A DNA stretch of 64,000 nt. Source: an uncultured Candidatus Saccharibacteria bacterium (GTDB lineage Bacteria; Patescibacteriota; Saccharimonadia; Saccharimonadales; UBA4665). The stretch spans positions 26,855 through 90,854 of the forward strand of contig CAYHMQ010000003.1 of the NCBI GenBank assembly GCA_964357905.1, read 5' to 3'. The notes below the pieces were generated by a model. That model saw only the letters and a list, made by a program, of their open reading frames with translations. It was not told where the DNA came from and made no database searches. Made by a program: the position numbers and the translations under genes. Below, piece by piece: positions 35,997-46,002 of this stretch (positions are counted from its first letter, which is position 1; each line of letters starts with the position of its first letter).

Positions 35997-37346
35997 CTAA
36001 TCCTTTTCTAGGAACTTGTTAAGAGCGTCGCGAACATCACGCACTCCATGTAGACCAGTTAGTTTCTTAGCTGTTTTGCTCACCGGTCCGATTGCTCCGT
36101 CGAAGCCGAGCTTTTTAGCTTCGGCTAATCTTTTGTCGGCATGCGGTACATGTCTTACTTCGCCAGATAAACCGACTTCACCGAACACTACGGCGTTGCG
36201 CTTGAGCTGCAAGCCTTTGGCTGCTGAACCAATTGCCAGACAGATTGCCAGATCAGCTGCCGGTTCGGTAATCTTAATGCCGCCGACAATATTGATATAA
36301 ATGTCATACTCTGCCAACTTGAGCTTGGTACGGCGTTCTAGCATAGCGACCAAAAGATTGAGTCGATTAAGATCGAAGCCGCTGGCTGCTCGCTTGGGAT
36401 AGCCATAACTGGTCTTATTAACTAGCGCCTGAACCTCAACCAATAGCGGCCTAGTTCCCTCAAGTGTAGCCAGTACAATTGAACCATCACTAACCTGGCG
36501 TTCGGCCAGTAGAGCAGCCGATGGATTGTCGACTGGCATCAGACCTTCTTCTACCATTTCAAAGATTCCAGCCTCGTTGGTTGAACCAAAACGGTTCTTA
36601 ATGGCTCTAATTAACTTAAAACCGCCGTAACGATCACCCTCGAGCTGTAAAACCACGTCTACAGCGTGTTCCAGTACCTTTGGGCCGGCTATAGAGCCCT
36701 CTTTGGTCACATGGCCGACCATAATAATCGCTGTATTGCTCTGCTTAGCGGCGAGCGTCAAAAGCTGTGTGGAATTGGTGATCTGCGAGACAGTGCCGGC
36801 AGCCGACGCTATGGCGCTACAAGTGACAGTCTGAATCGAGTCAACAATAACCAGCTTATATTCACCGCTAGCGATTGTGGCTGCAATGTCGTCGGCTGAC
36901 GTGCTAGTAGTAAGTTGCAAGTCCGAACGCACTGTACCGAGACGTTGAGCCCTTAGGCCGATCTGATGAGCCGACTCCTCGCCACTGACATATAGAACCG
37001 GTACTTTAGCTGCTATAAGATGGCTTAGCTGCAATAGCAGCGTGCTTTTGCCAATACCTGGCTGTCCGGCTATCAGATTGACACTGCCAGCGACTATACC
37101 GCCGCCGAAGACATCATCTATCTCTGACATACCTGTCTTCAGTCGCGGTTGATCGGAGGCGACTGACTTGGTAACTGATTGCGACTTCAGGACTCGGCCC
37201 TCGGCAACGCTGCCAGCCACGGTAGCTGCGGTTAATTGCTCGCTGAGGCTATTCCATTCGCCACACTGCAGACAGCGACCACTCCAGCTACTGCTGAGTG
37301 CGCCACAGTTGCTACAAACATATCTAGTCGAGGGCTTCTTGGCCAC
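35997..37346 (-). CDS. radA: DNA repair protein RadA/Sms
   Basis: Contains CSNCG...CLQCGEWN zinc finger, GQPGIGKST, KNRFG and a Lon-like C-terminus. GTG start with AAGGAG SD. Confidence 0.93.
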   Translation of the reverse strand: MAKKPSTRYVCSNCGALSSSWSGRCLQCGEWNSLSEQLTAATVAGSVAEGRVLKSQSVTKSVASDQPRLKTGMSEIDDVFGGGIVAGSVNLIAGQPGIGKSTLLLQLSHLIAAKVPVLYVSGEESAHQIGLRAQRLGTVRSDLQLTTSTSADDIAATIASGEYKLVIVDSIQTVTCSAIASAAGTVSQITNSTQLLTLAAKQSNTAIIMVGHVTKEGSIAGPKVLEHAVDVVLQLEGDRYGGFKLIRAIKNRFGSTNEAGIFEMVEEGLMPVDNPSAALLAERQVSDGSIVLATLEGTRPLLVEVQALVNKTSYGYPKRAASGFDLNRLNLLVAMLERRTKLKLAEYDIYINIVGGIKITEPAADLAICLAIGSAAKGLQLKRNAVVFGEVGLSGEVRHVPHADKRLAEAKKLGFDGAIGPVSKTAKKLTGLHGVRDVRDALNKFLEKD

Positions 37347-37412
37347 AGCTACTCCTTTGCTAACTAGTTTAACACCTCTAGCTAACTACTCGGAATCGGT
37401 AATAACCTCGAG

Positions 37413-38426
37413 CTATTGATTAATTGTGACTGTGTCATTGCTAAGCTCTTTGGACAATTGGTTAGCTTCCAATGCTACGGCATTACGGCTGGCAACCAAC
37501 GCGTTGTACTGGCTAATCAGACTTCGTAGATCGGCAACCTCAACATTATATTCGCTAACAAGCCCGTTATAGCTAGTCACGCCGGCGTTGTAGCTTCTGA
37601 AGTCGCCAGCGGCTTTTAGCTCGTTGAGGGTGATCTTCTGGTCGTCGATTATAGCTTGCCGGGTCTTGAGATCAGCTTCTGAGGCGTCGATTTGCTGCTT
37701 GAGATCGGACAGTTTGATGTCGGCTTGAGCAACAATTGTCTGCCGCGAAGTAAACTCTGCTTGATATTGAGCCGCAAAAGCAGCCACTTGAGCCCGATTA
37801 GTAAAGTATCGCTTGTAGTATTGCTCTAGACTGCTCGGCAAGCTGGCTATTTCGGTGGCGAAGATGGAATGCATTTCATTCACCAAGTCATTCGGCTCTG
37901 ACTTCTTGTAGGCGTCTATGGTGTCAAGGATGCGCTGGTCATTCAGCTCATGGCGATAATAATCCATCAGCATAGCATCGACTTTTGACCTGTCGGAACT
38001 ATTGAGTCGGTCATAGGCACCGTGCAGCATCTCATGCGCCGCAGTGACCTGCTCAACGCCATTAAGGCGCGGGTCGGTCACCTTCATCAGGAAGATGCCA
38101 GCTTGATCACTATGATAGCAACCAATTACAATCGTCTGTTCATGCTTGCCGCCACCTTTTAGGCACTGCTTGGCAAAGCTAGCCTTGTCTTGTATCTCGG
38201 GAGAATTAACATAGAAGACCTTACGCGCAAAGTCCGTCATGGTATCTTCAGTCGCCAATTGAGCCACTGGTGCTGGAGCTTGATACTGGCGTAGGCGCCA
38301 CCAATCAATAACATCCTGACGGTTTACAAGGACAAATCCAATCAAGGCAGTCCAAACCAGAAGCACCAAAAAGCTTCTTAATCGGTGATGGGGTCGAGGT
38401 GAAAGACTATTCGTTGGTTGTTGCAT
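37413..38426 (-). CDS. membrane-anchored hypothetical protein with an HExxH motif and a C-terminal coiled coil
   Basis: 337 aa with one N-terminal TM segment (LVLLVWTALIGFVLV). Contains AAHEMLHGAY and a heptad-rich C-terminus. Overlaps the clpC 3-prime end by 20 nt. Confidence 0.55.
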   Translation of the reverse strand: MQQPTNSLSPRPHHRLRSFLVLLVWTALIGFVLVNRQDVIDWWRLRQYQAPAPVAQLATEDTMTDFARKVFYVNSPEIQDKASFAKQCLKGGGKHEQTIVIGCYHSDQAGIFLMKVTDPRLNGVEQVTAAHEMLHGAYDRLNSSDRSKVDAMLMDYYRHELNDQRILDTIDAYKKSEPNDLVNEMHSIFATEIASLPSSLEQYYKRYFTNRAQVAAFAAQYQAEFTSRQTIVAQADIKLSDLKQQIDASEADLKTRQAIIDDQKITLNELKAAGDFRSYNAGVTSYNGLVSEYNVEVADLRSLISQYNALVASRNAVALEANQLSKELSNDTVTINQ

Positions 38427-40884
38427 AAGACAGGGCGCCGCGCTTGGAGGCTACCTGAATAATATCACCTTTTTCGTACTTCTCATCGAGCAAATCAAGA
38501 GCCAGGTGATCTTCTATAGTGTCCTGAATCAGCCGTCTCAGCGGTCGCACGCCATTGCGAGCATCATAGCCATGATCCAGCAGGTACTGCTTGGCGCTAG
38601 TGCTTAGTTGCAGACTCAGGCCTTTACGGTGCAGCCGAGCCTTAAGTTCGTCTATCTGCAGATCGATTATACGGAAGATATCCTTCTGGGTTAGGGCTCG
38701 GAAAACGATAGTTTTATCTATGCGGTTCAATAACTCTGGCCGAAGCATTTTCTTGAGCTCATCCTGGACGCGAGCCTTGTTGGATTCGTGCATAGCATCA
38801 AGGTCTTTAAGGTCACTGGTCTTAGAGGCATGGAAGCCCAGGCTAGCTTCTTTTTGTAGCTTGTCAGCACCGATGTTGCTGGTCATGATGACAATGGTAT
38901 TGGTGAAGTCGATACGACGCCCCTTGGCATCAGTCAGATAACCGTCTTCCAGCATCTGAAGCATCATATTGAAAACGTCAGGGTGAGCCTTTTCGATCTC
39001 GTCGAACAGAACCAAGCTATAGGGTTGGCGGCGAATCTTGTCAGTTAGCTGGCCACCCTCTTCGTAACCGACGTAGCCAGCCGGTGCGCCAACGAGGCGC
39101 GAGACATTGTGATGCTCACCGAACTCTGACATATCAATCTTGACCAGAGCGTTTTCGCTGCCGAAGAACTCTCGTGCCAGCACACGAGCCAGCTCAGTCT
39201 TACCAACGCCGGTAGGGCCCAGGAACACAAACGAGCCAATCGGCCGCTTATCGCTGCCTATGCCGCTACGATTACGTCGCACGGCCTTGGCGACGGCTTC
39301 TACAGCCTCAGCTTGGCCAACTATGTACTTGCTTAGGGTCTTTTCGAGAGTTAGAAGATACTTGGCCTCGCTACGAATGACCTTCTTGACTGGAACGCCA
39401 GTCATACGGGCAACCACATCAGCCAAGTCTTCGCTGCTTACATTTAGTCGCTTGGATCGTTTGCTGCTAGCACGCAAGCTGGTCAGCTCTTCGTTGATCT
39501 GTGAGGCGCGGGTTTTGGCCTTGGCGGCTCTTTCGTAATCTTCGGCTTCAACGGCTTCCTCGATCTGAGTATTAACTAGCTTTAGCTCCTTCTGAAGAGC
39601 GCGAACTTCTGGGCTGGTTTTGCCCTTATCGACACGCAGATGAGCAGCAGTTTCGTCAATCAGATCGATAGCCTTGTCAGGCATAAATCTATCATTAATG
39701 TAGCGCTTGGCCAGGGTAACAGCATCTTCGAGGACTTCGTCACTAAGGTTAACACCATGGAACTTTTCATAATGGCCGCGCAGACCCTTGAGTATAGCCA
39801 AAGTCTCGCTGGGGTTGGTCTCAGGTACTTGGATAGGCTGGAAACGGCGCTCCAGTGCGGCGTCTTTCTCAATGTACTTAGTATACTCGGTGGTAGTGGT
39901 GGCTCCGATCAGTTGGATCTTACCGCGGGCTAGTGCCGGCTTGAGAATGTTGCCAGCGTCCATCGCGCCCTCGGCCGCGCCAGCACCAACTATAAGGTGC
40001 AGCTCGTCGATGAAGACGATGGTGCGACTCTCCTTCTCGAGTTCGGCAATCACCTTCTTAAGGCGCTCTTCGAATTCACCACGGTACTTGGTGCCGGCGA
40101 TCATACCAGCCAGGTCTAGTGTGACAATCCTTTTATCAAGCAGGCTGTCAGGTACGTCTTCGGCAACAATACGTTGAGCTAGGCCTTCGACTATGGCAGT
40201 CTTGCCAACACCAGGCTCACCGATCAAAACAGGGTTGTTCTTGGTGCGACGGTTAAGAATCGTGATCACCCGGCGAATCTGATTATCGCGACCAACAACG
40301 GGGTCAAGTTTGCCCTGACGGGCTTCTAGAGTTAGGTCAGTGCTGAAGAAGTCGAGTGCTGTCTTCTTGCCCTTTTTGCCACGACGACTACCGTCGTTGC
40401 CGACTTCTTGCTCTTCGTACTGCTGGCGGCTTAGGAATTGCTCTAGCTCGCTAGTCAGGCCATCAACATTAATGTTCATATCTCGGAGTAGAATTGTTGC
40501 GCGAGCATTCTTCTGCGACAAAATACTGTGCAGTATATGCTCAGTGCCACAGTAATCTTGCGAATAATCTTGAGCAATGTCGTAGGCCATCTTGAGCGTC
40601 AGCTTGGCGGTTTCACTTAGCCCCTTAGCGCCAACATTAATGACCAAGGTCTTAGGCACTACATTGAGAGCGATGCGAGCACGATCCAGCGTTACGCCAG
40701 CGCCTTCTAGAACCTTAGAACCCATGCTGCCATCCTGAGCCAAAATGCCAAGCAGCAGATGCTCAGTACCCACATATGCACTGCCAAAACTGCGCGCAAT
40801 TGCATCGGCATGCTTGAGACTTTGCAGTGCGTTATTGGTTAAATGATTCAAGAATTCTTGGAAGTCAGGTGAATTAGGCATCAT
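38407..40884 (-). CDS. clpC: ATP-dependent Clp protease ATP-binding subunit ClpC
   Basis: 825 aa with Clp-N repeats ([10 protein letters not shown]), two Walker A motifs (GEPGVGKT and GPTGVGKT), and a UVR-like linker. Confidence 0.92.
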   Translation of the reverse strand: MMPNSPDFQEFLNHLTNNALQSLKHADAIARSFGSAYVGTEHLLLGILAQDGSMGSKVLEGAGVTLDRARIALNVVPKTLVINVGAKGLSETAKLTLKMAYDIAQDYSQDYCGTEHILHSILSQKNARATILLRDMNINVDGLTSELEQFLSRQQYEEQEVGNDGSRRGKKGKKTALDFFSTDLTLEARQGKLDPVVGRDNQIRRVITILNRRTKNNPVLIGEPGVGKTAIVEGLAQRIVAEDVPDSLLDKRIVTLDLAGMIAGTKYRGEFEERLKKVIAELEKESRTIVFIDELHLIVGAGAAEGAMDAGNILKPALARGKIQLIGATTTTEYTKYIEKDAALERRFQPIQVPETNPSETLAILKGLRGHYEKFHGVNLSDEVLEDAVTLAKRYINDRFMPDKAIDLIDETAAHLRVDKGKTSPEVRALQKELKLVNTQIEEAVEAEDYERAAKAKTRASQINEELTSLRASSKRSKRLNVSSEDLADVVARMTGVPVKKVIRSEAKYLLTLEKTLSKYIVGQAEAVEAVAKAVRRNRSGIGSDKRPIGSFVFLGPTGVGKTELARVLAREFFGSENALVKIDMSEFGEHHNVSRLVGAPAGYVGYEEGGQLTDKIRRQPYSLVLFDEIEKAHPDVFNMMLQMLEDGYLTDAKGRRIDFTNTIVIMTSNIGADKLQKEASLGFHASKTSDLKDLDAMHESNKARVQDELKKMLRPELLNRIDKTIVFRALTQKDIFRIIDLQIDELKARLHRKGLSLQLSTSAKQYLLDHGYDARNGVRPLRRLIQDTIEDHLALDLLDEKYEKGDIIQVASKRGALSYATTNE

Positions 40885-40948
40885 AGCTTGGTATGGCTCC
40901 TTTTTGCGGCGTAGTACGTCTTAATTATGCGACATTTTGCCTATAAAC

Positions 40949-40976
40949 ATAATAGCACTTGGCACTCGGTAGTCAA
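40949..40976 (-). promoter_or_regulatory. clpC promoter TTGACT-16-TATTAT overlapping CIRCE
   Basis: The minus strand reads TTGACTACCGAGTGCCAAGTGCTATTAT. A leader of about 58 nt with AAAGGAG follows before the ATG. Confidence 0.5.
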
Positions 40977-40985
40977 GAGTGCTAA
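40959..40985 (-). promoter_or_regulatory. CIRCE inverted repeat (one mismatch) upstream of clpC
   Basis: TTGGCACTC-GGTAGTCAA-GAGTGCTAA compared with TTAGCACTC-N9-GAGTGCTAA. It shares the 16-mer TAGTCAAGAGTGCTAA with the clpP element. Confidence 0.75.
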
Positions 40986-41005
40986 TTCAATCAGTCGTGC
41001 GGGGG

Positions 41006-42238
41006 CTACTCGCCGTGTTCTTCGATAGCTTCTAGTAGTGAGCTCTCGAGCTCGTTCTTCTTCTTGAGCTTGGGCTGCTTAGGCAGTTCGGTGGTCTGAA
41101 CTTTGCCCTCGACGCCTTCAGCGCCTTCAGTGCCTCCAGAAGCTTCGGCTTTGTCGCTAGATTCAGGAGCACTAGCACTAACGCTGGCGGTGGCCGAGAC
41201 TTTTTCGGCCTCGATGTCCAATTCGTAGCCAGTTAGCTTGCTAGCAAGACGAACGTTCTGGCCGCTTTTGCCGATGGCAATACTGAGCTGATCTTCGGGC
41301 ACGATAACGCGAGCCTTCTTGTTCTTCTCATCGATTACAACTTCTGCGACTTTGGTGGGGCTGAGGGCGGCAGTGATATATTCGACCGGCTGCTCGGCCC
41401 AGACAATGATGTCGATCTTCTCTTGTTCACCGACTTCGCCGACAACGGCGTTAACACGCGTACCGTGACCACCGACAAAGGTTCCGACTGGGTCAACACC
41501 GGGCACGTTGCTAGCGACAGCAATCTTGCTGCGAACACCAGCTTCGCGGGCGATGCCCTTAATCTCGACGGCGCCGCTTTCCATCTCAGGAACTTCGCCA
41601 CGGAATAACCATTCGATGAATTCTTTGTTGCCGCGACTAACGACCAGCTGTGGACCACGGAAGCCACGCTCGACGTCCTTAAGGAAGACTTTTAGGCGCT
41701 GGCCGGGGTAGTAACGCTCGCCTTGAATCTGTTCGCTGCGAGGCATGATGCCCTGAGCCTTGCCCAGATCTATACGGCAGATGTTGCCCTCAACGCGGGC
41801 GACGGTAGCATTAATGACAGTGCCGATCTTATCCTCGTACTCAGTCATGATGATTTCGCGCTCAGCTTCGCGCAGACGCTGCAGAATAACTTGCTTGGCA
41901 GTCTGAGCTGCCACGCGACCGAAAGTCTCGGCCTTCTCGTGAACTTCGATAGTTTCGCCAAGCTTAGAATTCTTGCGACGAGTCTGAGCCTCACTTAGGC
42001 TAATCTCAAAAGCTGGGTGCTCGACCTTCTCGACAATCTCCTTGCTAATGTAAGCATCGACGTCACCGGTGTTGAGGTTCATGGCTACGCGAATCTCTTG
42101 CTCGCGGTCACCATAATCTCGCTTGTAAGCGGCGGCCAACGCCTGTTCGACAACCTCTTGTACGGTGTCTTCTGGTAAGTTCTTCTCTTCGGCGATCGCC
42201 CGAATGGCGACAACCAGTTGTTTCATGTCCAAATCCAT
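41006..42238 (-). CDS. nusA: transcription termination/antitermination factor NusA
   Basis: 410 aa with N-terminal, S1 and two KH domains, plus an acidic/Lys-rich tail. Confidence 0.92.
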   Translation of the reverse strand: MDLDMKQLVVAIRAIAEEKNLPEDTVQEVVEQALAAAYKRDYGDREQEIRVAMNLNTGDVDAYISKEIVEKVEHPAFEISLSEAQTRRKNSKLGETIEVHEKAETFGRVAAQTAKQVILQRLREAEREIIMTEYEDKIGTVINATVARVEGNICRIDLGKAQGIMPRSEQIQGERYYPGQRLKVFLKDVERGFRGPQLVVSRGNKEFIEWLFRGEVPEMESGAVEIKGIAREAGVRSKIAVASNVPGVDPVGTFVGGHGTRVNAVVGEVGEQEKIDIIVWAEQPVEYITAALSPTKVAEVVIDEKNKKARVIVPEDQLSIAIGKSGQNVRLASKLTGYELDIEAEKVSATASVSASAPESSDKAEASGGTEGAEGVEGKVQTTELPKQPKLKKKNELESSLLEAIEEHGE

Positions 42239-42270
42239 GAGGGTTAATCCTTTCTTACTAAGATTCTAAT

Positions 42271-42290
42271 TATTGCAGTTTATTGCAGTC
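42271..42290. repeat. tandem 10-bp direct repeat TATTGCAGTT/TATTGCAGTC in the nusA leader
   Basis: Read directly. On the nusA strand it reads (G)ACTGCAATAA-ACTGCAATAA, 33-52 nt upstream of the ATG. Confidence 0.7.
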
Positions 42291-42295
42291 TCTAA

Positions 42296-42319
42296 ATTAA
42301 AAAAGCCGACCACTTCGGC
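42296..42319 (-). terminator. promoter-proximal weak intrinsic terminator in the nusA leader
   Basis: The minus strand reads GCCGA-AGTGG-TCGGC followed by TTTTTT. It begins about 15 nt downstream of the candidate -10. Confidence 0.45.
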
Positions 42320-42333
42320 CGGATCTGCTAATA

Positions 42334-42362
42334 AGTATAGTCTGGCCTGTTCCAAAAGTCAA
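42334..42362 (-). promoter_or_regulatory. nusA promoter TTGACT-17-TATACT
   Basis: Same hexamers as the clpP promoter. Read directly. Confidence 0.5.
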
Positions 42363-42402
42363 CCTGGTCATCAGTGTCCGGCATGTTAAACTTAGAGACA
42401 AT

Positions 42403-44985
42403 ATGAGCAAAAATGTTACGAGGCTGTTCGAGCAGTTTCAGCCTGAGAATTATGATTTGAGTCTTAATATTGACCGCGAGGGCATGACTTTTGCCGGCTC
42501 AGTTGTAGTGCACGGTAAGAAGGTCGGCCGACCATCACAACGCATCACCCTGCATCAGAAAGACCTCAAAGTTACCTCGGCCACCGTAGTGAAGCACGAC
42601 AAAAAGGGCGACCAAACAATCGAAGTTACGCGCGTTAACAATCAAGATAGCTACGACGAGGTCAGACTGCACACCGAGAGCATGATTTATCCTGGAGAGT
42701 ACACGATTAAGCTGGAGTTCGCCAGTGACATTACCCGGCCGATGCACGGCATCTATCCCTGCGTATTTGAGCATGACGGCAAGGATAAAAAGCTAATTGC
42801 CAGTCAGTTCGAGAGTCATCACGCCCGCGAAGCCTTTCCCTGCATTGACGAGCCGGAGGCCAAGGCCACCTTTGACCTGACCATATCAACACCGGCCGGC
42901 GAAACCGCCCTCGGCAACACGCCGATCAAGAGCCAAAAAACGGACAAAGACAAGCTAATCACTAGCTTCGAAACAACACCGAAGATGTCCGTCTACCTAT
43001 TGGCTTTTGTCTGCGGCGAAATCAGCTACAAAGAAGGCAAGACCAAGAACGGCACAGTTGTGAAATGTTACGCCACGCCAGATAATGTCGAGCATACGAC
43101 CTTCAGCGTTGAAGTCGCCGTCAAGTGTCTAGAATTCTTTGAAGATTACTTCGGCGTAGCCTATCCCCTGCCTAAGCTGGATATGGTGGCTCTGCCCGAC
43201 TTCGCCGTCGGTGCCATGGAGAACTGGGGTCTTATAACCTACCGCGAATCAGTCATGCTCGTCGATGAGAAGTCGTCTAGTATCGAATCACGCCAGATCT
43301 GCGCCTTGGTCGTTGCCCACGAGCTAAGCCACCAGTGGTTCGGCAACTTAGTAACCATGAAATGGTGGGATGATCTGTGGCTTAACGAGAGCTTCGCCAA
43401 TATGATGGAGTATTTGTCGGTGGATGCTATTTGGCCAGAGTGGAAAGTTTGGGAACAGTTCGTCAGTCACGAAACCGTCAGCGCCAAGCGGCGTGACAGC
43501 ATCGAAGACGTGCAGGCCGTGCACTGCGAAGTCCGTCATCCTGACGAAATCAGCACCCTATTTGACCCATCGATTGTCTATGCCAAGGGCGGTTCGCTGT
43601 TACATATGCTGATGCGCTACATAGGTGATGATGCCTTCCGTCGCGGCCTAAAAATCTACTTCGACAAGCACCAATACGGCAACACACAGGCCCAGGATCT
43701 CTGGGCAGCTCTCAGCGATTCCAGCGGCCAAGACATCGCCGCCTTCATGGATGGCTGGTTGGAGCGTCCCGGCTATCCTCTGGTTGATGTCGGTTGGCAG
43801 CCAGGCACTTCGCAAGTTAGCCTAAGCCAGAGGCGTTTCTTGAGTGACCCCAAGGCCGAAGTCAAGGCAGCGGAGCCTTGGCATGTACCTCTGGCTAGCA
43901 CTCAGGGGCTTAGCTCCCAGCTCTTCACTGAGTCAAAGGCTGAACTGACGATTAAGGCCAAGTCTGACGAGCCACTGCTACTCAACCACGATGGCCAAAG
44001 TTACTTCTTACCTTATTATTCGAACGATCTCCACATGTTACAGATTCTGTCAGGCCTCAAAGACGGCAAAGTCAGCACTATCGACCGTTTGTTGCTGCTA
44101 GATAACTATTCGTTGCTGCAACGTGGCGGTATCAGCAACACTGTTGAATTGCTAGAATTGCTGACCGCTTACGAAGGCGAGCAGGAAGAAAATGTCTGGG
44201 GAATGATCGCCATGAACTTAGCTGAAGTCCGGCGTCTTATCGACAATGACGAGGCCAGTATAGCTAAGCTTGATGCATTGATTCAGCCGTTGGTAACGCC
44301 ACTGATTGATAAGTTAGGCTGGGACGATCAGCCAGGTGATGATGCTCATACACTACGTCTGCGCGGACTGATCCATGCGCTTGCAGCTGGCGCCAAGTTG
44401 CCAGCCGTAATTGACGAGGGCCTGAAGCGCTTCGCGGCCTTTGACAGGCCTAGTGATTTGCCAGCGAGTATCCGAAGCGTGGTCTACCATATAGGTTCGC
44501 GCCATGGTACGGACCAAGATTTTAAGAAGTTGTTCGACCTTTACAGCTCTACTAAAAGTGCCGATGAAAAAGACGAGATCGCCAGCGGGCTAACCGGTGC
44601 GCATGATCCTGGCCGCTACAAACAATTGATCGATATTCTAAGCGGTGAGGTCATTCGCCGCCAGGACTTACTGCACTGGTTTGCGTGGTTATTACGAAAT
44701 CGTCACAGCCGTGCCGCATCTTGGCAATGGATGGTTAACAACTGGGTCTGGATAGAGCAAGAATTCGCTAGTGACAAGAATTATGACCACTTCCCGCGCT
44801 TCGCCGGCAGCGTCTTTAGTCACGCTTCCGAACTTGCGGACTTCAGGAAGTTCTTCGATGATAAGCGCTCCATCGTCGCTCTGACTCGCAATATCACCTT
44901 GGGCGAACAAGAAATTATAAGCCGCGTTGCTTGGCGTGATGCCAACGAAAAGCCGGTCAAAGACTGGCTCAAGAACCTCAAGTAG
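42403..44985 (+). CDS. pepN: M1-family aminopeptidase N
   Basis: 860 aa containing GAMENWG and HELSHQWFGNLVTMKWWDDLWLNESFA (HExxH-18-E). TGTTAAACT lies 10 nt upstream of the ATG. Confidence 0.92.
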   Translation: MSKNVTRLFEQFQPENYDLSLNIDREGMTFAGSVVVHGKKVGRPSQRITLHQKDLKVTSATVVKHDKKGDQTIEVTRVNNQDSYDEVRLHTESMIYPGEYTIKLEFASDITRPMHGIYPCVFEHDGKDKKLIASQFESHHAREAFPCIDEPEAKATFDLTISTPAGETALGNTPIKSQKTDKDKLITSFETTPKMSVYLLAFVCGEISYKEGKTKNGTVVKCYATPDNVEHTTFSVEVAVKCLEFFEDYFGVAYPLPKLDMVALPDFAVGAMENWGLITYRESVMLVDEKSSSIESRQICALVVAHELSHQWFGNLVTMKWWDDLWLNESFANMMEYLSVDAIWPEWKVWEQFVSHETVSAKRRDSIEDVQAVHCEVRHPDEISTLFDPSIVYAKGGSLLHMLMRYIGDDAFRRGLKIYFDKHQYGNTQAQDLWAALSDSSGQDIAAFMDGWLERPGYPLVDVGWQPGTSQVSLSQRRFLSDPKAEVKAAEPWHVPLASTQGLSSQLFTESKAELTIKAKSDEPLLLNHDGQSYFLPYYSNDLHMLQILSGLKDGKVSTIDRLLLLDNYSLLQRGGISNTVELLELLTAYEGEQEENVWGMIAMNLAEVRRLIDNDEASIAKLDALIQPLVTPLIDKLGWDDQPGDDAHTLRLRGLIHALAAGAKLPAVIDEGLKRFAAFDRPSDLPASIRSVVYHIGSRHGTDQDFKKLFDLYSSTKSADEKDEIASGLTGAHDPGRYKQLIDILSGEVIRRQDLLHWFAWLLRNRHSRAASWQWMVNNWVWIEQEFASDKNYDHFPRFAGSVFSHASELADFRKFFDDKRSIVALTRNITLGEQEIISRVAWRDANEKPVKDWLKNLK

Positions 44986-44988
44986 CTG

Positions 44989-45951
44989 TTATGGATTTAG
45001 CAGCGTGGCTTCAGCGCCTTTGTATATAAATGTTTCGCCAGGCTGGCTGTTTTCGTTAAGTACCTTGGTGATATCGCCCATCATTCGATCAGCAGACTGC
45101 TCATCAGTCACTCGACGCAGCCCGCCACACAATTCGAACACCACCGGATCAACATCTTTGAATCTGGCAACAACAGCCTGGGCATAAGTGCCGTCGCGAC
45201 CAAGTAAACTTCTGGTGCCGGCACCGATCGTCTCGACTATGGTTGCTCCATGAGTATCATAAGCATGTGACGTGCCCTCTGGTGCCCAAGTTATAATCAT
45301 GCCGCCCTGCGCCTGCTCTTCGCCGATATCTGTCATAACTAATCCGTTTTGCGTCTTAATTCGCCTCGTGTCAACCTGCTGAGCAAACTCAGACTCCCTT
45401 GTTTTGTCCGTACTAGGGAAGGTGTACCAAAGCTTGTGATTCATAAGCGCTAGGACATCGGGCATCGGCGGGTACTGGTCATCCACTTCGTAACCAAGTG
45501 TTGTTACGCCCTCACTAATGACCGTACCGAAGCGCACTGCCTTAAAGCCAATTTCGTGTAACATAATTTTTATAGCACCGAGCTCTAAGCCAAACTCAGG
45601 TAATGAACGATGATCCATGGAATTAAAAACAGTGTCGCCAGCTTCTAGCCGCTCACCTACTGCCGTTAGACCTAGGCGTTTCTGTTTATCATCTAGCGTT
45701 GCGTCAATCGTGGCTTCAAAACGAGAATCGACCATATTGCCAATACCTACTAGGGCGCTCATGGCTTCAGGATCGCTAAGGTCTATGGGTTGCCCCGCTC
45801 TAAGATAAGCGCCCTGATCTGGGTATTGTGCCGGGTTAATGTCCAGTTTAACCGTCTTGCCAACAGCGTGAGAGGCCGATAGTGCTTGTACTAGCTCCAG
45901 CTCTTCGATACTCCACGGCTCAGGCGGATAAAAATACTCAGGTGCGACCAT
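44989..45951 (-). CDS. hypothetical protein, possibly a divergent PlsC/LPLAT-type acyltransferase
   Basis: 320 aa. NSMDHRSLPE resembles motif I (NHxSxxD) and WAPEGTSH resembles motif III (FPEGTR). Candidate promoter TTCCAA-17-TATAAT ends 8 nt before the ATG. Confidence 0.4.
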   Translation of the reverse strand: MVAPEYFYPPEPWSIEELELVQALSASHAVGKTVKLDINPAQYPDQGAYLRAGQPIDLSDPEAMSALVGIGNMVDSRFEATIDATLDDKQKRLGLTAVGERLEAGDTVFNSMDHRSLPEFGLELGAIKIMLHEIGFKAVRFGTVISEGVTTLGYEVDDQYPPMPDVLALMNHKLWYTFPSTDKTRESEFAQQVDTRRIKTQNGLVMTDIGEEQAQGGMIITWAPEGTSHAYDTHGATIVETIGAGTRSLLGRDGTYAQAVVARFKDVDPVVFELCGGLRRVTDEQSADRMMGDITKVLNENSQPGETFIYKGAEATLLNP

Positions 45952-46002
45952 TGGGCGTAATTATATAATGAATATGCCGTATTTGGAAGCAGCAGCGTTT
46001 GG

